In this document: positions 59,043 to 64,000 of the stretch, piece after piece | How positions within the stretch are numbered: position 1 is the first letter of the stretch | Layout of the letters: every line of letters starts with the position of its first letter | NCBI RefSeq assembly: GCF_036493135.1 | Contig: NZ_DASXQG010000051.1 | Coordinates: 5,785 to 69,784 of the forward strand | Direction of reading: 5' to 3' | From: Nocardioides sp. | GTDB lineage: Bacteria; Actinomycetota; Actinomycetes; Propionibacteriales; Nocardioidaceae | DNA: 64,000 nucleotides | Made by a program: the position numbers and the translations under genes | The notes under the pieces: generated by a model | The model's database searches: none | Seen by the model: only the letters and a program-made list of their open reading frames with translations | Told to the model about the DNA's origin: nothing

Positions 59043-60736
59043 GCGACTCCGAAGAGACCCGCGGCATCCTCGCCTCGTCCGCGGTGATGGCCTCGGGCAC
59101 GGTCGTCTCGCGGGCGAGCGGCTACGTCCGCAACGTCCTCCTCGCGGCCGCCATCGGCAACGAGCTGCACGCCGATCTGTTCAACATCGGCAACACGATC
59201 CCGAACATGCTCTTCATCCTCCTGGCGGGCGGTGTGTTCAACGCGGTGCTCGTTCCCCAGCTGGTGCGGGCGCAGAAGAACGACACGGACCGCGGCGAGG
59301 CCTACACCAACCGGGTGATCACGCTCGCCATCCTCTTCCTCGGAGTCGTGACGGTGATCCTGGTGATCGCCGCTCCGCTGCTGATGAGGCTCTACCTCAA
59401 CGACTCGTACAACGACCCGGCGCTGGCCGCACAGCGCGACTCGGCGATCACGTTCGCCCGCTACTGCCTGCCACAGGTCTTCTTCTACGGGATGTTCGTG
59501 CTGCTCGGCCAGGTGCTCAATGCCCGTGGGCGCTTCGGGCCGATGATGTGGGCGCCGATCGCCAACAACGTCATCGGCATCCTGGTGCTGGTGCTCTACC
59601 TGTTCTGGTTCGGGGCGCTCGACGCCGGCGCCGGCTGTACGGCGTTCACCCCGGCGCAGGAGCTGGTCCTCGGCGGGGGGGCGACCCTCGGCATCGTCGC
59701 CCAGGTAGTGATCCTGCTGCCCATCCTGCGCGCTTCCGGCGTCCGCTTCCGGCCGCGCTACGACTTCCGCAGCACCGGTCTCGGGCACACCCTGCGCCTC
59801 GGCATCTGGACCGTGCTCTTCGTCATCGTCAACCAGGTCGCCTACACCGTGGTCGTCCGGCTGGCCTCCGGCGGCACCGCCCGCTCGGTCTGCGAGCACG
59901 TCGGACGCCACCACCAGGAGGCGGCGTCGGATGCCACCGGCTACACCGTGTACGCCGCGGCGTTCCTGTTCGTGATGGTCCCCCACGCGATCATCACCGT
60001 CTCATTGGCCACCGCGATCCTCCCCCGCCTCTCGGCGAAGGCCGACGACGGCGACCTGCCCGGCTTGGCGGGCACCCTCGCCGGCACCCTGCGCACCGCC
60101 CTCGCGGTCGTCATCCCGTTCGCCTTCGCCCTCCCCCTCCTCGCGTACGACGCCTCGAAGGTGCTGTTCGGGTACGGCGCGACCGCGTCCACGTTCGACC
60201 ACTACGTGCCCTCGATGATCCTGTTCGGGCCGGGCATCGTGTTCTTCACCGTGCACTACCTGATGCTGCGGGGCTTCTACGCGCTCGAGCTGAACCGCAC
60301 GGTGTTCTTCATCCAGTGCGCGATCGGTGCCACGAACGTCGTCGTCGCGATCCTGCTGGTGAACGAGGCGACCGCCGCCCAGACGTCACCGGCCCTGGTG
60401 ATCGCCTACGGCGCGTCGTACCTGCTGGGCTCCACGGTCTCCTACGTGATGCTCCGCGGACGACTCGGTGGGCTCCAGACGCCCGCCCTGGTGCGGTTCC
60501 TGGCCCGGATCCTGATCGCCGCCGGGGTCTCGACCGCGTTGGCGGGGGCCGTCGGGCGGGTGCTGCCCGGCCACACCGACGACCTCTCCCATGCCCTGGC
60601 GGCCGTCCGGGTGGTGGTCCTGGGCGGGATCGACCTCGGCCTGTTCGTCGTCCTGGCCCGGCTGATGCGGATCACCGAGGTCACGAGTGTCCTCGAGACT
60701 GTGATGCGCCGGATTCCGGGGGCTCGTGCCTCCTAA
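59039..60736 (+). CDS. murJ: Lipid II flippase MurJ (MviN)
   Basis: ORF 59039..60736. ASGTVVSRASGYVRNVLLAAAIGNELHADLFNIGNTIPNMLFILLAGGVFNAVLVPQLV. Confidence 0.9.
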   Translation: MSDSEETRGILASSAVMASGTVVSRASGYVRNVLLAAAIGNELHADLFNIGNTIPNMLFILLAGGVFNAVLVPQLVRAQKNDTDRGEAYTNRVITLAILFLGVVTVILVIAAPLLMRLYLNDSYNDPALAAQRDSAITFARYCLPQVFFYGMFVLLGQVLNARGRFGPMMWAPIANNVIGILVLVLYLFWFGALDAGAGCTAFTPAQELVLGGGATLGIVAQVVILLPILRASGVRFRPRYDFRSTGLGHTLRLGIWTVLFVIVNQVAYTVVVRLASGGTARSVCEHVGRHHQEAASDATGYTVYAAAFLFVMVPHAIITVSLATAILPRLSAKADDGDLPGLAGTLAGTLRTALAVVIPFAFALPLLAYDASKVLFGYGATASTFDHYVPSMILFGPGIVFFTVHYLMLRGFYALELNRTVFFIQCAIGATNVVVAILLVNEATAAQTSPALVIAYGASYLLGSTVSYVMLRGRLGGLQTPALVRFLARILIAAGVSTALAGAVGRVLPGHTDDLSHALAAVRVVVLGGIDLGLFVVLARLMRITEVTSVLETVMRRIPGARAS

Positions 60737-60737
60737 C

Positions 60738-62639
60738 ATGGGGGAGCGAGCGACGCGAGGGGGATTGGTGCAAGGGCACACCCGGCCCGGCGACGTGCTC
60801 GCCGACCGATACCGACTGACCGACCTGCTCACCGAGAGCGAGGGTGGGCGGTTCTGGCGCGCCTTCGACTCGGTGCTCCAGCGCGACGTCGCGGTCCACA
60901 TCATCGCCTGCGACGACGAGAGGGCTCCAATGCTCCGCGCGGCGGCCCGCACCTCGGCCACCGTGCTCGACCGCCGGATGCTCCGGGTGCTGGACATCGA
61001 CGAGGCGGACGAGCGCTGCTTCGTGGTCAACGAGTGGGGCTCGGGCACCAGCCTCGACATCCTGCTCGCCGACGTCGGCCCGCTCTCCCCCACGGTGGCG
61101 GCGTGGATCATCGCGGAGGTCGCCGACACGCTCGCCCTCGCCCACGACGCCCAGGTCGCCCACGGGCGCCTGGTGCCCGAGAACGTCCTGATCGACACCG
61201 ACGGCGCGGTCAGGCTGATCGGCTTCGCCGTCGACGCCGCCCTGCACGGCCTGCCGGCCGGCCGCATCTCCACCGACATCGCCGACCTGGTCGGGCTCCT
61301 GTACGCCGCGATGACCGGGAAGTGGGCCGGGGTCAGCCGGTCGGCGGTGCACCCTGCCCCGTCATCCCACGGCCACGTGCTGCGACCTCGCCAGGTGCGC
61401 GCGGGCATCCCCCGCACCCTCGACTCCCTGTGCGACCACGTGCTCAACCACGGCGGCGAGACCGAGGTCACCGCGGCGATGCTCGCCGACTCGCTGAGCG
61501 ACTTCCTCGGCCCGTCCGCGGCGGCTGCCGAGGCCTGGCTCGCCCGCATCGAGCACGCCAAGCGTGGCGAAGGGACCGTCGTCCTGCCGCCGCTGCCCGA
61601 TCCGCCTCCGCGGGAGGCCGAGCCTCCGGCCGCCGAGACGGGCGGGGCCCACCAGGGCGAGGTCAGCGACGTACCGGACGGCGCCGAGGCGGCCGATGAG
61701 GCGGCGACCGAGGACGCCCTGGCCACCCAGGCCGGGATGCCGATCTTCCACGAGGACACCGACGAGGTGGAGTGGCTACGCCACCACACCGAGAAGCCGG
61801 CACCGCCTCCGGCCTTCGACCCGCCGCCCGAGCGCCCGCTCTTCGCTCCCGACCCCGAGGACGGCGAGCCGGTACGCCGACCCCGGTCCGCGCCGGTCAC
61901 CCACGGCGCCGGCGGTGGTGGGTTCTGGCCGTGGGAGAGCACCGGCACCGGCGTGGGCACCGGCAGCGGCGTCCTCCCGGCGTACGTCGACGAGGACGAG
62001 GAGGACGGCCGGCCCGCGCCCGGCACCAGCATGCTGCGTCTCGCGGGCATCATCGCGGCCTGCCTGCTGGTCCTGGTGGCCTGCGTGATCGCCTTCAACC
62101 TCGGCCGCGGCAAGACCCCGCTGGGCACCACCAAGGAGGACACCACCCAGGGGCCGAGCAAGTCGCCCAGCTCCTCGGGAACTCCCTCGGCCACGTCCAT
62201 CACCGGCGTCACGGCGCGCGACTTCGACCCACAGAGCGGCAACGGCGAGAACCCCCAGGAGGCCGCGCTCGCCGTCGACGGTGACGCCGGCACCGCGTGG
62301 ACGACGCTGCGCTACATCCAGCAGTTCGGCCCGGCCGGGCTCAAGACCGGGGTGGGGCTCGTCCTCGACCTCGGGGCGAGCCACGATGTGAGCGAGGTCG
62401 ACCTGACCACCGTGGGCTCGCCCACCTCCGTCAGCATCTACGTCTCGCCCACCAACCCGGCCAACCTCGACGGGCTCAAGGTCTCGGGCAGCATCGTCGT
62501 CACCGGTACCAAGGGCACCGTCTCGTTCGACCAGCCGGTCACCGGTCGCTACGTCGTGGTCTGGCTGACCAAGCTCCCGGCGGTGCCCGGCGGAGGCTTC
62601 CAGGGCGGTATCGCCGAAGCGGTGGTCAAGGGTGAATGA
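60738..62639 (+). CDS. Pseudokinase - TM - discoidin/F5_F8-type-C-like extracellular domain protein (equivalent to the C-terminal half of M. tuberculosis MviN)
   Basis: ORF 60726..62639, ATG at 60738. Kinase-like fold with degenerate motifs (VAVHII instead of VAIK, AHGRLVPENVLI instead of HRDxKPxN, GFA instead of DFG). TM LRLAGIIAACLLVLVACVIAF. C-terminus has DGDAGTAWTT...GRYVVVWLT. Confidence 0.8.
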   Translation: MGERATRGGLVQGHTRPGDVLADRYRLTDLLTESEGGRFWRAFDSVLQRDVAVHIIACDDERAPMLRAAARTSATVLDRRMLRVLDIDEADERCFVVNEWGSGTSLDILLADVGPLSPTVAAWIIAEVADTLALAHDAQVAHGRLVPENVLIDTDGAVRLIGFAVDAALHGLPAGRISTDIADLVGLLYAAMTGKWAGVSRSAVHPAPSSHGHVLRPRQVRAGIPRTLDSLCDHVLNHGGETEVTAAMLADSLSDFLGPSAAAAEAWLARIEHAKRGEGTVVLPPLPDPPPREAEPPAAETGGAHQGEVSDVPDGAEAADEAATEDALATQAGMPIFHEDTDEVEWLRHHTEKPAPPPAFDPPPERPLFAPDPEDGEPVRRPRSAPVTHGAGGGGFWPWESTGTGVGTGSGVLPAYVDEDEEDGRPAPGTSMLRLAGIIAACLLVLVACVIAFNLGRGKTPLGTTKEDTTQGPSKSPSSSGTPSATSITGVTARDFDPQSGNGENPQEAALAVDGDAGTAWTTLRYIQQFGPAGLKTGVGLVLDLGASHDVSEVDLTTVGSPTSVSIYVSPTNPANLDGLKVSGSIVVTGTKGTVSFDQPVTGRYVVVWLTKLPAVPGGGFQGGIAEAVVKGE

Positions 62640-63336
62640 CGAGGAGCCCACCGACGCCGAGCTGCTCGCCGCCCACGTCGCCGGCGACCCCGACGCCTTC
62701 GCACGCCTGTTCACCCGCCACCGCGACCGCCTGTGGGCGGTCGCGCTGCGCACCATGGGGAACCCGCACGACGCCGCCGACGGCCTGCAGGACGGGCTGA
62801 TCTCGGCGTACCGCCGCGCGGAGAGCTTCCGCGGCGACGCGGCCGTCACCACGTGGCTGCACCGGGTAGTGGTCAACGCCTGCCTCGACCGGATCCGGGC
62901 CGCGAAGGTACGCCGTACCGAGGCCCTGCCCGACGACCTCGACGAGCCCGGCGGCCGGGGCTCGGTGCGCACGGCCACCGGCGACCGCGAGGACCCCGAG
63001 CAGGCCGCCATCGCCGATGACCGCCGTCGCGCCCTGCTCGCTGCACTCGCGACCCTGCCCGCCGAGCAGCGGGCCGCGCTGGTCCTGGTCGACATGGAGG
63101 GGTACGCCGTCGCCGAGGTGGCGGTGATGCTGGACTGCGCGGAGGGCACCGTGAAGTCTCGCTGCGCGCGCGGGCGCGAACGCCTGGCGAGGTTGCTCCG
63201 TGATCGGTTGGCCGCGACCGGACCGCCAGGTGACCCGGCTCACCCGGAACCGGACGCCGCCGCCACCCGTCCGATCCCTGTTCCCCCGAAACCCACCCCG
63301 ACATCCAGCAACGCCGGCGAAGGAGGTGCCCCGTGA
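62632..63336 (+). CDS. sigM: ECF sigma factor, SigM-like
   Basis: ORF 62632..63336 with a GTG overlapping the upstream stop. Has FARLFTRHRDRLWAVALRTMGNPHDAADGLQDGLISAY, LPAEQRAALVLVDMEGYAVAEVA, and GTVKSRCARGRERL. Conserved position after murJ. Confidence 0.8.
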   Translation: MNDEEPTDAELLAAHVAGDPDAFARLFTRHRDRLWAVALRTMGNPHDAADGLQDGLISAYRRAESFRGDAAVTTWLHRVVVNACLDRIRAAKVRRTEALPDDLDEPGGRGSVRTATGDREDPEQAAIADDRRRALLAALATLPAEQRAALVLVDMEGYAVAEVAVMLDCAEGTVKSRCARGRERLARLLRDRLAATGPPGDPAHPEPDAAATRPIPVPPKPTPTSSNAGEGGAP

Positions 63337-64000
63337 CCGATCGTCCCGACTCTCCCGAGTCCGAGGACTCGGCCGAGATCGCGGAGGTACGCCGCCTGCT
63401 CGCCGACGCCAGGCACGTCGACCCGATGCCGGACGACGTCGCGACCCGGATGGACGCCGTCCTGGCAGGTCTTCGCGACACCGCGGACGCGGCGCCCGCC
63501 GCGAGACCGCACCCGCCCGCCGCCGAGGTGATCCCGATCGCCGCCGACCGCCGGCGTAGGGCCGCCGGGCTGCTGGTCGCCGCCGCGGCCATCGTCGTGG
63601 GCGGCGTGGTGATCGCCCCGCACGTGCATGTGGGCTCGAGCGGCTCCTCGGCCGCCACCGCGGCGGAGGACAACTCCGGGGCCTCCAGCGAGTTCGGTGA
63701 CACCGGCAACTCCAACAAGCAAGCCCTCACGCCCCAGGCCATCCAGGGAGGCAAGGCTCACCTGCGGAACGGTCGGCTGGTCGTCCGACCCCAGCACTTC
63801 TCCGCCGACGCACTCGCCGGGCGCCGCCTCCTCAACGAGACGAGCACCAACATGGCCACCGGTGGCACCTCCTGCCTCGCTGTCCCCCAGAGTGCGTCCA
63901 CGGTGCCTGCGGAGTACCAGCTGGCGCCAGCAGCGCTGGTGTACCGGCACGTGGAGGGCAGCTCCCAGGTCGTCGACCTGTACATCTGCGGCAACCCACG
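63333..64000 (+). CDS. Anti-sigma factor (anti-SigM-like), N-terminal 222 codons; continues beyond window end
   Basis: Not in the ORF track because no stop lies within the window. GTG 63333 overlaps the sigM stop (GTGA), with GAAGGAGG upstream. My translation: VTDRPDSPESEDSAEIAEVRRLLADARHVDPMPDDVATRMDAVLAGL...RRAAGLLVAAAAIVVGGVVIAPH (single TM), followed by an extracytoplasmic part. Confidence 0.7.
   Translation, partial: MTDRPDSPESEDSAEIAEVRRLLADARHVDPMPDDVATRMDAVLAGLRDTADAAPAARPHPPAAEVIPIAADRRRRAAGLLVAAAAIVVGGVVIAPHVHVGSSGSSAATAAEDNSGASSEFGDTGNSNKQALTPQAIQGGKAHLRNGRLVVRPQHFSADALAGRRLLNETSTNMATGGTSCLAVPQSASTVPAEYQLAPAALVYRHVEGSSQVVDLYICGNP

Noticed and set aside
1-64000. tRNA, rRNA, transposase/integrase, prophage or toxin-antitoxin pairs
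   Set aside because: I found no T-loop (GGTTCGAATCC-like) contexts with cloverleaf potential and no rRNA-like conserved stretches. No DDE, tyrosine or serine recombinase motifs appear in any supported ORF.

Overview
High-GC (roughly 70% G+C by eye, strongly GC3-skewed codons) actinobacterial chromosomal window. I cannot verify the taxon; the gene content suggests Nocardioides/Propionibacteriales. I support about 60 protein-coding genes. I found no rRNA, tRNA, CRISPR array or transposase. The backbone is the conserved origin-proximal actinobacterial neighbourhood. It includes rpsF-ssb-rpsR-rplI-(membrane protein)-dnaB, with an intein inside dnaB. It also includes GT87-ponA-padR-ino1 and cca-DUF6049-murJ-pseudokinase-sigM-antisigma. 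These blocks correspond to M. tuberculosis Rv0046c-Rv0058 and Rv3907c-Rv3912. Between them lie small accessory or metabolic modules: ppc (partial); csoR/MT0933-like/EcsC; several alpha/beta hydrolases; a TetR plus two DHA2 MFS pumps; a LysR plus a tiny divergent ORF; a GH6-like protein; an ECF41 sigma with its CMD partner gene; a TetR-Rieske oxygenase-carnitine-dehydrogenase-like-SDR operon; a GS-like/permease/amidohydrolase/M20 cluster; nfo; FemAB plus a racemase-like gene; two tandem paralogous membrane proteins; and a RecQ with a PRTase-like tail. The most unusual locus is a tightly coupled minus-strand three-gene operon (41856->37254). It encodes a small CarboxypepD_reg-like protein, a subtilase with no signal peptide and an unrecognised N-domain with PWDVPH repeats, and a TPR-CHAT caspase-like protease. 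I propose it as a candidate intracellular proteolytic-cascade (conflict/defence-type) system. Other non-coding signals are a 48-nt hairpin repeat family (3 copies), a pair of 33-bp direct repeats carrying GCGCGATCGCGC palindromes, and a DnaA-box cluster upstream of dnaB. An ECF41-type promoter motif and a recurrent TANNNT-N6/7-start (leaderless) architecture also helped me fix several start codons. Many long ORFs in the track are antisense shadow ORFs typical of high-GC DNA and were not called.
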